From Nemertoderma westbladi (taxonomy: Eukaryota > Animalia > Xenacoelomorpha), in contig JAUCBJ010002800.1 in the NCBI GenBank assembly GCA_032718475.1, positions 62,001 through 126,000 on the forward strand: DNA of 64,000 nucleotides, written 5' to 3'. Of the stretch, positions 40,345 to 51,650 are shown piece after piece. Every line of letters starts with the position of its first letter. Positions within the stretch are counted from its first letter, which is position 1. The position numbers and the translations under genes were made by a program. The notes under the pieces are model-generated. The model had not been told where the DNA came from. It saw nothing but the letters and a program-made list of their open reading frames with translations, and did not search any database.

Positions 40345-41693
40345 GTCATATGCTATATTTCATGTTATATGCTATAGTACATGCTTGCGATATGCTATAT
40401 GGTATGGTATATGCTATGCTATATGCTTTATGCTATATGCTATGCTATGCTATATGCTATGCTATATGCTATGCTATATGCTATGCTATATGCTATGCTA
40501 TATGCTATGCTATATGCTATGCTATATGCTATGCTATATGCTATGCTATATGCTATGCTATATGCTATGCTATATGCTATGCTATATGCTATGCTATATG
40601 CTATGCTATATGCTATGCTATATGCTATGCTAATTGCTATACTATTTGCTATGCTATATGCTATGCTATATGCTTTATGCTATATGCTATGCTATGCTAT
40701 GCTATATGCTATGCTATATGCTATGCTATATGCTATGCTATATGCTATGCTATATGCTATGCTATATGCTATGCTATATGCTATGCTATTTGCTATGCTA
40801 TATGATATGCTATATGTTATAGGCTATGCTATATGCTATATGTCATATGTTATATGTTATGCTATATGCAATGTCATGCTATATGTTATGGTATATGCCA
40901 CGTTATGATATATGCTATGCTATGCTATTATATGTCATATGCTATATGTTAAATGTTATGCTATATGCCATGTTATGTTATATGCTATAGTACATGCTAA
41001 GCTATATGCTCTATGCTATGCTATATGCTATATGCAATATATCATATGCTATGCTATGCTATGTTATGCTATATGCCATATGCTATGTTATGCTATATGC
41101 CATATGCTATGGTACATCCTATGCTATATGCTATATGCAATATATCATATGATATGCTATGTTATGCTATATGCTATGGTACATCCTATGCTATATGCCA
41201 TGCTATGCTATATGTTATGGTATATGCTATGCTATATGATATGATATATGCTATGCTATATGTTATATACTATGTTATATGTTATGCTATATGCCACGTT
41301 ATGCATGCTATGCTATGCTATGTTATGCTATGCTATCATATGTTATGTTGTTCTATGCTATGCTATCATATGTTATGTTGTTCTATGCTATGCTATGCTA
41401 TGCTATGCTATGCTATGCTATGCTATGCTATGCTATGCTATGCTATGCTATGCTATGCTATGCTATGCTATGCTATGCTATGCTATGCTATGCTATGCTA
41501 TGCTATGCTATGCTATGCTATGCTATGCTATGTTAAGCTATGCTATGCTATGCTATGCTATGCTATGCTATGCTATGCTATGCTATGCTATGCTATGCTA
41601 TGCTATGCTATGCTATGCTATGCTATGCTATGCTATGCTATGCTATGCTATGCTATGTTAAGCTATGATATGCTATGTTATGCTATGCTATGT
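40345..41693. repeat. Compound microsatellite (ATGCTATGCTAT)n / (ATGCT)n
   Basis: Pure 12-mer tract at ~40440-40790, a degenerate middle, and a pure 5-mer tract at ~41385-41655. Confidence 0.97.
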
Positions 41694-41695
41694 TT

Positions 41696-42590
41696 GTCAA
41701 AATGACATTTTGACATGTCATTTTGCAAAAATGTCATTTTCAAAATGACATTTTGACATGTCATTTTGCCAAAATGTCACTTTCGAATTGACATTTTGAC
41801 ATGTCATTTTGCCAAAATATCAATGTGTCAATATGTCACTTTCAAATTGACAGTTTGACATGTCATTTTGTAAAATGTCACTTTCAAATTGACATTTTGA
41901 CATGTCATTTTGCCAAAATGTCATTTTCAAGTTGACATTTTGACATGTCATTTGCCAAAATGTCAATGTGTCAATATGTCACATTCAAATTGACAGTTTG
42001 ACATGTCATTTTGTAAAATGTCACTTTCAAATTGACATTTTGACATGTCATTTTGCCAAAATGTCATTTTCAAGTTGACATTTTGACATGTCATTTGCCA
42101 AAATGTCAATATGTCAATATGCCACTTTCAAATTGACAGTTTGACATGTCATTTTGTCAAAATGTCACTTTCAAATTGACATTTTGACATGTCATTTTCA
42201 AGTTTACATTTTGACATGTAATTTTGCCAAAATGTCACTTTCGAATTGACATTTTCACATGTCATTTTGCCAAAATGTCAATGTGTCAATATGTCACTTT
42301 CAAATTGACAGTTTGACATGTCATTTTGTAAAATGTCACTTTCAAATTGACATTTTGACATGTCATTTTGCCAAAATGTCATTTTCAAGTTGACATTTTG
42401 ACATGTCATTTGCCAAAATGTCAATGTGTCAATATGTCACATTCAAATTGACAGTTTGACATGTCATTTTGTAAAATGTCACTTTCAAATTGACATTTTG
42501 ACATGTCATTTTGCCAAAATGTCACTTTCAAATTGACATTTTGACATGTCATTTTGCCAAAATGTCATTTTCAAGTTGACATTTTGACAT
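41696..42590. repeat. ~43-bp palindrome-rich satellite (AAAATGTCACTTTCAAATTGACATTTTGACATGTCATTTTGCC), left part
   Basis: Tandem units containing the palindrome TGACATGTCA. Interrupted by the Pao element. Confidence 0.93.
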
Positions 42591-42704
42591 AAATCATTAA
42601 ATAAATTTTACGACATAAACTTACATGATGTTTTCCGCGGCATTGGTAACATTGTTTACCTGAGTAGCAATCCCTCGCTGTATGCCTGGGTTTGAGGCAA
42701 ATGA

Positions 42705-44504
42705 CTACTACTACTAGGATCGGCATGCTGCATTGCAGCTGCATTTTTAAGAATGCTGTGCCGGCTTGTCAACAAAATTGCACCGCCACAACTCCCTATC
42801 ACCCATGACATTTGCTAGATCATCCGCATCTTTAAGGCCAGTGTCCTTTAAGATGCGTCTCAAGAAAGTCATGGGCTGTCCACCATGCTTATTCACTCCA
42901 TGAGGCTGCCAAAGTACAAGATTATGCACTGGCTGGTCCTCACGGCGAAAGCAATGTCCTGCAAAGCGGAGGCGATTTTGTTCTAGTGTCAAGCTTGGGG
43001 GAACCAATGAGACACCTCCAATGTTATATAGTGTCTGGTTGGAGATGTGTGCATTGTACTTGACACAATGAACCCGGCGTAGCATTCTTGTGAATGTGCC
43101 ATCCAGAGATTTGGTGTCCTCAGCAGTTAGTGCCCAGCATGGACTCCCGTAGAGGAGTACTGGAACTACTGCTGCTCTAAATAATCGGACCTTAAGTTTC
43201 CGATTAATTCTCAGTGACTTCCAAATCCTGGAAAGCCTATTCAAGGCTGCCCATGCCTTTCCCTTACGTATTCGAAGGTCCTCACCTGACTTCCGGATCC
43301 ATGATCCCAGGTAACAGAAGTCGTCCACATGCTCAAGCATACCATCCTTTGAGCTTATGCTCATCCGATCAGAGACTTGCTGATGACTTTCAAAGTTAAC
43401 GGTCAGAATTTTGGTCTTTCTGGAGTTAATAAAAAGACCAACACTAGAAGCAGCATGTTCTAATGAGCTGAGGAGCCGTTGGGCTCCGTCTAATGATTCT
43501 GAGAGTACTCCTAAGTCATCAGCAAAGTCTAGATCAGTTAGGTACTTGGCAGGATTTCCTCGACTTCTGGAGCCAGTAGGTGGAGTTATCATCACCCCTT
43601 CATCATTATGACGATCTAAGGACATGCGTAGAACATAGTCAACCACAATAATGAACAAGAATGGTGCAAGTGTGTCTCCTTGGAGGACGCCCCATAACAC
43701 TTCAAATGGTTCTGTGTCACCGTCAACAGTAGACACAAATGTTGTCGAACCATCGTATACTGATCTGATTGCTGCAATAATTTCATCAGGAATCCCATAT
43801 AATGAAAGTATGCTGAACATACGTGAGCGAGAGACTGAATCAAAGGCCTTGAAGAAGTCAACAAAGATAACAGCCAGATGCCTGTCTTTCTTTTTTGATA
43901 ATTCTTCAATTATCCTTCTAAGTGCCAAAATGGGCTCCATGGTCCCACGACCTTTACGGAACCCATTCTGATTTCCACGGAGCAGTCTCTCAATGGGATC
44001 CCTGATGCGATTTAATAGAATCCTATTGTATAGCTTTGCAGCAATCGAGATCAATGAGATTCCCCGAAAAGAACCATAGAGTGTTAGGTTGCCCTTCTTG
44101 GGAACTGGCACCAACTTATTTGTTTTCATTTCTTGTGGGACTCTTGTTGTTCGGTACATGTCTACTATGATGGGATAGATGAGCTTTAAACACTCAGGTA
44201 TTTTAAAGACCTCAGGGGGAACACCATCTACTCCACTGGCACGATTGGTCTTAATGCTCTTTGCAGCAGCCTTCACTTCTGCAAAGGAGATATCGCCAAT
44301 GGGAATATCTGGGAGTACAGACTCAGACACTTTTACATCTATAAAGTTATCAGGCAATACCCTGTCATTGTTGAGGAGCTTTTCAAAGTGGGCTTTCCAA
44401 CCATTGAGGCGATCGGCTGGTGATTCAGCCTTAACCTTGGTGGTTGGTTGGCTTTTCCGCCCAGTAAGCAGATTGATTGATTTCCATGCTTGGGATGATT
44501 GCCT
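42705..44504 (-). mobile_element. RTE-like LINE, copy 2 (5'-truncated, RT frame intact), nested in Pao gag
   Basis: (TAG)n tail at 42705-42716. 8-bp TSD GCAAATGA at 42697-42704 and 44505-44512. RT motifs ASGVDGVPPE, FRGISL, QNGFRKGR, DFFKAFDSV, LQGD and FADD. Confidence 0.93.
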
Positions 44505-45137
44505 GCAAATGAAGCATCGGTCATCATTTCGCAGTTGTTGTTTTCTTGAATCAAGATCCGTGTAGGTTGGACACCGTAATGATGAATGATTACCGTTGCA
44601 ATATGAACAGAAAACAGCTGATGTTTGATTATTATTGTCGTAGTCAGATCTTGTTACCATCGCCGAAGCTGTAGAGGTAAACTTTGAAGCGTTAGGATTC
44701 CTGTAATTATAATTAGGGGTTGATTGTCTAGCGTAGTTAGATTCACTAATATTACTATTTGTAGCGATATACTCACTGGCCTCCATAGCATCAGCTTTTC
44801 TTCTGATAAAATCTGCAATTTTATCGATTTTGAAACAATCATCAGATTCGGTATGTTCGTGAAATTTCTCTCTGACTGACTCCGGTAACTTACCAAGAAT
44901 TACTTGACATATCATGGCTGAATTTATGTCCGAGATCATTCCAAGTGATTCCAGGGAGCGAATGTGGGGAATCAAATTATCATAAAATGATCGCAAGTCC
45001 TTTAAATGTCGACACACTGGAATATTATAAACTTTATTAAAATGACCTGAAATAATCATACTTTTGCGTCCAAATCTTTCATGGATAATCTGAACAGCTG
45101 TACTGTAATTTTCAGCAGTCACTTCTAGTCCTTCCAC
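42747..45137 (-). CDS. Chimeric open frame: Pao Gag core fused in frame to RTE reverse transcriptase
   Basis: 796 codons, with the junction at ...DDRCFIC|RQSSQAWK.... Created by the LINE insertion. Expression unknown. Confidence 0.5.
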   Translation of the reverse strand: MEGLEVTAENYSTAVQIIHERFGRKSMIISGHFNKVYNIPVCRHLKDLRSFYDNLIPHIRSLESLGMISDINSAMICQVILGKLPESVREKFHEHTESDDCFKIDKIADFIRRKADAMEASEYIATNSNISESNYARQSTPNYNYRNPNASKFTSTASAMVTRSDYDNNNQTSAVFCSYCNGNHSSLRCPTYTDLDSRKQQLRNDDRCFICRQSSQAWKSINLLTGRKSQPTTKVKAESPADRLNGWKAHFEKLLNNDRVLPDNFIDVKVSESVLPDIPIGDISFAEVKAAAKSIKTNRASGVDGVPPEVFKIPECLKLIYPIIVDMYRTTRVPQEMKTNKLVPVPKKGNLTLYGSFRGISLISIAAKLYNRILLNRIRDPIERLLRGNQNGFRKGRGTMEPILALRRIIEELSKKKDRHLAVIFVDFFKAFDSVSRSRMFSILSLYGIPDEIIAAIRSVYDGSTTFVSTVDGDTEPFEVLWGVLQGDTLAPFLFIIVVDYVLRMSLDRHNDEGVMITPPTGSRSRGNPAKYLTDLDFADDLGVLSESLDGAQRLLSSLEHAASSVGLFINSRKTKILTVNFESHQQVSDRMSISSKDGMLEHVDDFCYLGSWIRKSGEDLRIRKGKAWAALNRLSRIWKSLRINRKLKVRLFRAAVVPVLLYGSPCWALTAEDTKSLDGTFTRMLRRVHCVKYNAHISNQTLYNIGGVSLVPPSLTLEQNRLRFAGHCFRREDQPVHNLVLWQPHGVNKHGGQPMTFLRRILKDTGLKDADDLANVMGDRELWRCNFVDKPAQHS

Positions 45138-45692
45138 TGTCAGTTTGGCTCTGCCTTTAAGAAATTTTTTTAAATATATAAACTTCTCTACAGTTGGGAT
45201 TGCGGTGTTGCTGTCAATAGCACTAGTAAAGGACTGCCAAAACGGTTGAAAGGTTGTGTAATCACCTTCGAAATTTTATATTTCTATTGCGGGAAGTCTT
45301 TTTCTATAGGTTGCTTGTTGCAAAATACGTGTTTCCATATCAGAACTAGTTTTGGGCATTGAAACTTCCGCTTTAGAGATAGTTTTGTCAATATCACTAT
45401 CTCAACAGACTTGTTGCAAACCAGAAATTGCAAGCAATAGTCTGGAATTATATTCATCACTCTGATACAAATCATTTTCAACATCATCATCTTTCAATTG
45501 AAAATGGATTTCTTTGTTTTGACTGTCTAATTGAGCTTTTACATCTGGTATTAGAAGCAACAATTGTTTGCTTCTGGTCAATGATTCTGAAGTTATTTGA
45601 TCGCATGCATGAGCCTCAGCTTCCTTGGCTAACTTAGTAGCCTTGGATCTATAGCGCCCTCTTATTTGTACAAGGCGTGTTAGATCACCCAT
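44505..45692 (-). pseudogene. Bel/Pao gag (DUF1759-like), disrupted
   Basis: One frame from ATG 45692 with two in-frame stops (TGA 45402-45404, TAA 45276-45278). Motifs RLPAIEI*NFEGDYTTFQPFW, KFIYLKKFLKG, ENYSTAV..ERFG and CSYCNGNHSSLRC. The remaining knuckles lie at 42591-42704. Confidence 0.88.
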
Positions 45693-45910
45693 GGTGAATG
45701 ATAATCTAATTTGCCAGATAAATAATCTTACTGGGTGTTGTGAAATGTAACCAACGTACCTTTTGAGTTATATCCGAAGAGTTTGATGTGATTTATTCTT
45801 CCGAGAAATCCGATGTAATTAGTGGGTTGTCCGTTGTTGTCGCGCAATTGCATTGAGTTCCGACCGTGAGTTGTCTCCCATCATTTCATCGTCTCCTTTT
45901 CGTAGTTGTA

Positions 45911-45926
45911 CCGGTTCGAAGGACCA
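45911..45926 (-). promoter_or_regulatory. Primer binding site complementary to the tRNA-Tyr 3' end
   Basis: Minus strand TGGTCCTTCGAACCGG next to the LTR. Differs by one base from the usual Bel/Pao PBS TGGTCCTTCGAGCCGG. Confidence 0.85.
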
Positions 45927-45928
45927 TT

Positions 45929-46466
45929 TGGTTATTTTAGAGAGATGAAAATATTTAATGACTTTATCGTACAGAATATTTAATACAAGTAACGTCACGA
46001 TTACACCGAAATTATAAAGTTTGGTTATTTGGTTATTTTAGAGAGATGAAAATATTTAATGACTTTATCGTACAGAATATTTAATACAAGTAACGTCACG
46101 ATTACACCGAAATTATAAAGTATGAATTTACCGTAACAATTAGTATATGAATTTAATTGAACGAATGAGCAGGAGATCCAAAATCCTTATAATTAAAATG
46201 CCATTTAGTAATTAGTTCTGGTTGACCCCTTATACTGCACATACTGTACTAACTACTGTACTGTTAGTATTTGACCCTTTATTCGGCACATACTATTTAC
46301 TGTAAGTACTGTATATCTTGACTAATTAACAGGCACGTATGCTAGTGCTAATTAACCCAATGTAGGTACTGAATAATCGAACTAAATATCAATCTACTGT
46401 ACAATTATAGACAAACTTTGTCATAGACTCAATATTGGCGAGTTCAACTGTATAATATAATTACCA
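45929..46466 (-). repeat. 5' LTR of the truncated Pao element
   Basis: Lies between the PBS and the satellite. Imperfect terminal inverted repeat TGGTAATT...AATAACCA. Boundaries are approximate because no second LTR is available. Confidence 0.65.
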
Positions 46467-47479
46467 CATTTGCCAAAATGTCAATGTATCAATATGTCAC
46501 ATTCAAATTGACAGTTTGACATGTCATTTTGTAAAATGTCATTTTCAAATTGACATTTTGACATGTCATTTTGCCAAAATGTCATTTTCAAGTTGACATT
46601 TTGACATGTCATTTGCCAAAATGTCAATATGTCAATATGCCACTTTCAAATTGACAGTTTGACATGTCATTTTGTCAAAATGTCACTTTCAAATTGACAT
46701 TTTGACATGTCATTTTCAAGTTGACATTTTGACATGTAATTTTGCCAAAATGTCACTTTCGAATTGACATTTTCACATGTCATTTTGCCAAAATGTCAAT
46801 ATGTCACTTTCAAATTGAGAGTTTGACATGTCATTTTGTAAAATGTCACTTTCAAATTGACATTTTGACATGTCATTTTGCCAAAATGTCATTTTCAAGT
46901 TGACATTTTGACATGTCATTTGCCAAAATGTCAATGTGTCAATATGTCACATTCAAATTGACAGTTTGACATGTCATTTTGTAAAATGTCACTTTCAAAT
47001 TGACATTTTGACATGTCATTTTGCCAAAATGTCATTTTCAAGTTGACATTTTGACATGTCATTTGCCAAAATGTCAATCGTGTCAATAGGTCACATTCAA
47101 ATTGACAGTTTGACATGTCATTTTGTAAAATGTCACTTTCAAATTGACATTTTGACATGTCATTTTGCCAAAATGTCATTTTCAAGTTGACATTTTGACA
47201 TATCATTTGCCAAAATGTCAATATGTCAATATGCCACTTTCAAATTGACAGTTTGACATGTCATTTTGTCAAAATTTCACTTTCAAATTGACATTTTGAC
47301 ATGTCATTTTCAAGTTGACATTTTGACATGTCATTTTGCAAAAATGTCACTTTCGAATTGACATTTTCACATGTCATTTTGCCAAAATGTCAATGTGTCA
47401 ATATGTCACTTTCAAATTGACAGTTTGACATGTCATTTTGTCAAAATGTCACTTTCAAATTGACATTTTGACATGTCAT
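46467..47479. repeat. ~43-bp palindrome-rich satellite, right part
   Basis: Same units as 41696-42590. Confidence 0.93.
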
Positions 47480-49416
47480 ATTTTATGAGATTTAAGGTAT
47501 TTTTTCTTGAAAAAGCGAACATAACTTTTCTGAGTCCGTTTCTGTAACATTTAAAGAAAAGTTCACTTGTGATACTTCTTTTAGTGTTAAATTAACAGCA
47601 GATTCCAAATACAGTAACCGTTTTTTCATATGATTTGTAGTTCTCGCGATATTTGGGTTCAAACACAACGTTTTTTGATATTTTACGAAATTTAAGGTAT
47701 TTTTTCTTGAAAAAGCAGACATAACTATTCCCAGTCCGTTTCTGTAACATTTAGAGAAAAGTTAACTTGTGATACTTCTTTTAGTGTTAAATTAACAGCA
47801 GATTCCAAATACAGTAACCGTTTTTACATATGATTTGTAGTTCTCGCGATATTTGGGTTCAAACACAACGTTTTTTGTATTTTACGAAATTTAAGGTATT
47901 TTTTCTTGAAAAAGCAGACATAACTATTCCAAGTCCGTTTCTGTAACATTTAGAGAAAAGTTAACTTGTGATACTTCTTTTAGTGTCAAATTAACAGCAG
48001 ATTCCAAATACAGTAATCGTTTTTACATATGATTTGTAGTTCTCGCGATATTTGGGTTCAAACACAACATTTTTTGATATTTTACGAAATTTAAGGTATT
48101 TTTTCTTGAAAAAGCAGACATAACTATTCCCAGTCCGTTTCTGTAACATTTAGAGAAAAGTTCACTTGTGATACTTCTTTTAGTGTTAAATTAACAGCAG
48201 ATTCCAAATACAGTAACCGTTTTTACATATGATTTGTAGTTCTCGCGATATTTGGGTTCAAACACAACGGTTTTTGATATTTTACGAAATTTAAGGTATT
48301 TTTTCTTGAAAAAGCAGACATAACTATTCCCAGTCCGTTTCTGTAACATTTAGAGAAAAGTTCACTTGTGATACTTCTTTTAGTGTTAAATTAACAGCAG
48401 ATTCCAAATACAGTAACCGTTTTTACATATGATTTGTAGTTCTCGCGATATTTGGGTTCAAACACAACGTTTTTTGATATTTTACGAAATTTAAGGTATT
48501 TTTTCTTGAAAAAGCAAACATAACTATTCCCAGTCCGTTTCTGTAACATTTAGAGAAAAGTTAACTTGTGATACTTCTTTTAGTGTTAAATTAACAGCAG
48601 ATTCCAAATACAGTAACCGTTTTTACATATGATTTGTAGTTCTCGCGATATTTGGGTTCAAACACAACGTTTTTTGTATTTTACGAAATTTAAGGTATTT
48701 TTTCTTGAAAAAGCAGACATAACTATTCCAAGTCCGTTTCTGTAACATTTAGAGAAAAGTTAACTTGTGATACTTCTTTTAGTGTCAAATTAACAGCAGA
48801 TTCCAAATACAGTAATCGTTTTTACATATGATTTGTAGTTCTCGCGATATTTGGGTTCAAACACAACATTTTTTGATATTTTACGAAATTTAAGGTATTT
48901 TTTCTTGAAAAAGCAGACATAACTATTCCCAGTCCGTTTCTGTAACATTTAGAGAAAAGTTCACTTGTGATACTTCTTTTAGTGTTAAATTAACAGCAGA
49001 TTCCAAATACAGTAACCGTTTTTACATATGATTTGTAGTTCTCGCGATATTTGGGTTCAAACACAACGTTTTTTGATATTTTACGAAATTTAAGGTATTT
49101 TTTCTTGAAAAAGCAGACATAACTATTCCCAGTCCGTTTCTGTAACATTTAGAGAAAAGTTCACTTGTGATACTTCTTTTAGTGTTAAATTAACAGCAGA
49201 TTCCAAATACAGTAACCGTTTTTACATATGATTTGTAGTTCTCGCGATATTTGGGTTCAAACACAACGTTTTTTGATATTTTACGAAATTTAAGGTATTT
49301 TTTCTTGAAAAAGCAAACATAACTATTCCCAGTCCGTTTCTGTAACATTTAAAGAAAAGTTAACTTGTGATACTTCTTTTAGTGTTAAATTAACAGCAGA
49401 TTCCAAATACAGTAAC
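47480..49416. repeat. ~200-bp AT-rich tandem repeat, ~9.7 copies
   Basis: TTTAAGGTATTTTTTCTTGAAAAAGC recurs at 47491, 47691, 47890, 48090, 48290, 48490, 48689, 48889, 49089 and 49289. Confidence 0.96.
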
Positions 49417-50914
49417 ATTAAAAGGTTTTTATTCTTAAATTGTAGATATTGCAACAAAAATTAAAAAAAAATACGATTTGAGGGAATCACAACAAAACTT
49501 TTTAAGTTTAAAACAACCGGTTATGTTAAACATAACGGTAACGTATAACGGCATAACGTTACCAAAAATAACTTCATTTTAATAACAAAATAAACGGATA
49601 AACAGATGAGTTAACAGCAGTATCAACACCAGATTAGCACAAGATGTTCGCGCTTTCAGACCTTTAGCAGTTTAACCTGCCAAATTGGGATGTCTTTTAG
49701 ATAATAGATCGTCTTTAGCCTATGACAAGTATTTGATACACTACATTAGCCGAAGCCAGTCTATGCGCGATCATTCACCCGCTGGATATACCCGGGAGAC
49801 TGGATTCGGAAGCCTAACCGTATTGCGGGGTAGGCCTACTGTATTATTCGACTGATCGTAATATATATAATCTCTGACAAATATTATTCACTTTCTGGAA
49901 ATATTAACAGTTCCTTTAGGACGTGGCGCTCTAAATATGTAAACAGAGTTATGACTTAAACTAAACACAACGGGATGGCTATAGATTCACGTATATGGCG
50001 CATTCTTTAGGAGATGCTTTGTTATCAGTCACAATCATACACAATACTGCACAATGCTGCACACTGATCTGCCGACCTTCACTAATTTTAGTCACATATA
50101 AAGAGAACAACAGACGGTACATGTAGTGCTTATGAAATAGCATTTGATTCACTTCAAACCACTTTAATGTAAGTCGCAATCGTTATATGTAACCGGTCTC
50201 TCTAACCTTCAGTATATCAAGAAGATTGGGGTGTCTGATTATTTATCAGTATTCCAAATATAATATTCCATCAACAGATATAATGAATAACCGACAGTAA
50301 AAAGCAGTAAAATGTTAAGTTAAGTTTGATTGATATGAGATATGAATTGGTTTGTATGATTAGTTAAGTAAGTGAGTTATGATAACAGATATACGTTCTA
50401 TAATTAAGCCTACTAATGTTGGGCTAAAGACTGAAAACACAGAGATTCCAAAAGCCGGTCTTTCTGGGCTCAGGACAAAATGTAAACATTGACCCATAAT
50501 GCATTGCGTGATTTCTCGGAGGTTTCTGTACAAAAAGCCGGAGAATCGCTCTGATTGGTTGACCGAACAAAGAAACACCAGAGAACAAGGGAAAATTTAC
50601 ACGTGTACAGCTCAGCTGTTAGCTGTCGTCATAGTAACTACACTGTTTCAAGAGGATCTGGCGTATTGCGTCATAGAATTGCTAATTATGTCCGCTAAAG
50701 TACACATACAGAAGAAATGGCTTTTATGTCCTCTAAAACACCAGTACAGTAAGGACACGGCCTTTTATGCCTGTTAAACCAACTACAGAGTACTTTACGG
50801 GGAAAATAACCGGCCAATTCCGCAAAAGCTTTTACACCGCTCCCAGAAAATGGGATTTAAGTCTATAAAATATAACAAATCACAGTTTCTAAAATATAAA
50901 AATACTCTAAACAG

Positions 50915-51053
50915 TTAGTCTTTCTTACGCGGACGGCGTTTACGCAGTTTTTTGAGGCTAGCAAGAGTCCTTTTCTCTTTGGGGCGAGCCACTTTACTAG
51001 GAGGGCTGTAACTCCTGGGTGAAGGGTGCAATACAATTGCATCAGAAGGTTTA
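50915..51053 (-). pseudogene. Detached C-terminus of the exonuclease/zinc-knuckle ORF at 62190-63999
   Basis: Joining across the GTTTA TSD continues the frame: NPK-PSDAIVLHPSPRSYSPPSKVARPKEKRTLASLKKLRKRRPRKKD*. Confidence 0.8.
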
Positions 51054-51584
51054 TGTTAGCTTATCCAATCCCGCTAACACCCCATAAAGTTGTAAGCCGA
51101 TAAGCAATATTGGGAGCCACGAGATTGGGCAATTAACCAACTCGTGCCATCCCAATAAGAGTGGGAAGGAAGCACACAATAGAGGGTCAGGGGCCAAACC
51201 CCTAACCCAGAGAGAACAGGTGGAGTGAACGGGAACACTCCACGGGGCGCCAACAAGGGTAACAACCAATCAGAGGGGGGCAAGGCATCGATTGAGTAGA
51301 GCAATAAGGCCACCGTGCAATATAACCAGTAACACAATGTCAGTAATTCAGTTATCTCAGTGCAGTGTAGGTTAGTTAGTTTAGATAGGGGAGCACGGGA
51401 CTTTAGTTACCGTATCCCGCCTTCCATAATTATACTACAGTCATCATATCTATATCTTATACCCATCAATTATTATACACCGAATATCAGAACTCATTCA
51501 CTATTTCCGTTTACTCTTTATACACGGCGGGGACGCGTAAACTAAACACCGGATAAATCGGGATCCCTCCTGGATCCTGTCACA
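51054..51584 (+). repeat. 5' LTR (531 bp)
   Basis: TGTTAGC...GTCACA. About 3 differences from the 3' LTR by eye. Contains CCAAT- and TATA-like motifs. Confidence 0.95.
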
Positions 51585-51650
51585 GTAACTAAAACCAGCT
51601 GCCGCCCCAGATAAAACTCAACCACTAGCCACCGAAATCTGCAGAAGAGG

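Larger units (their letters stand above)
42591..46466 (-). mobile_element. Truncated Bel/Pao LTR retrotransposon (5' LTR, PBS and gag; pol and 3' LTR absent)
   Basis: tRNA-Tyr-type PBS and DUF1759-like gag with three zinc knuckles, flanked on both sides by the 43-bp satellite. Confidence 0.85.

Noticed and set aside
40334-41705. Cys/Tyr/Met-rich ORFs (MLCYA repeats)
   Set aside because: Microsatellite translations.
45905-45930. tRNA gene (GGTTCGAA...CCA)
   Set aside because: Only the 16-nt 3'-end match of a PBS; no cloverleaf.
51051-51545. Short ORFs duplicated at 61631-62161
   Set aside because: They lie within the LTRs, so LTR identity explains the duplication.
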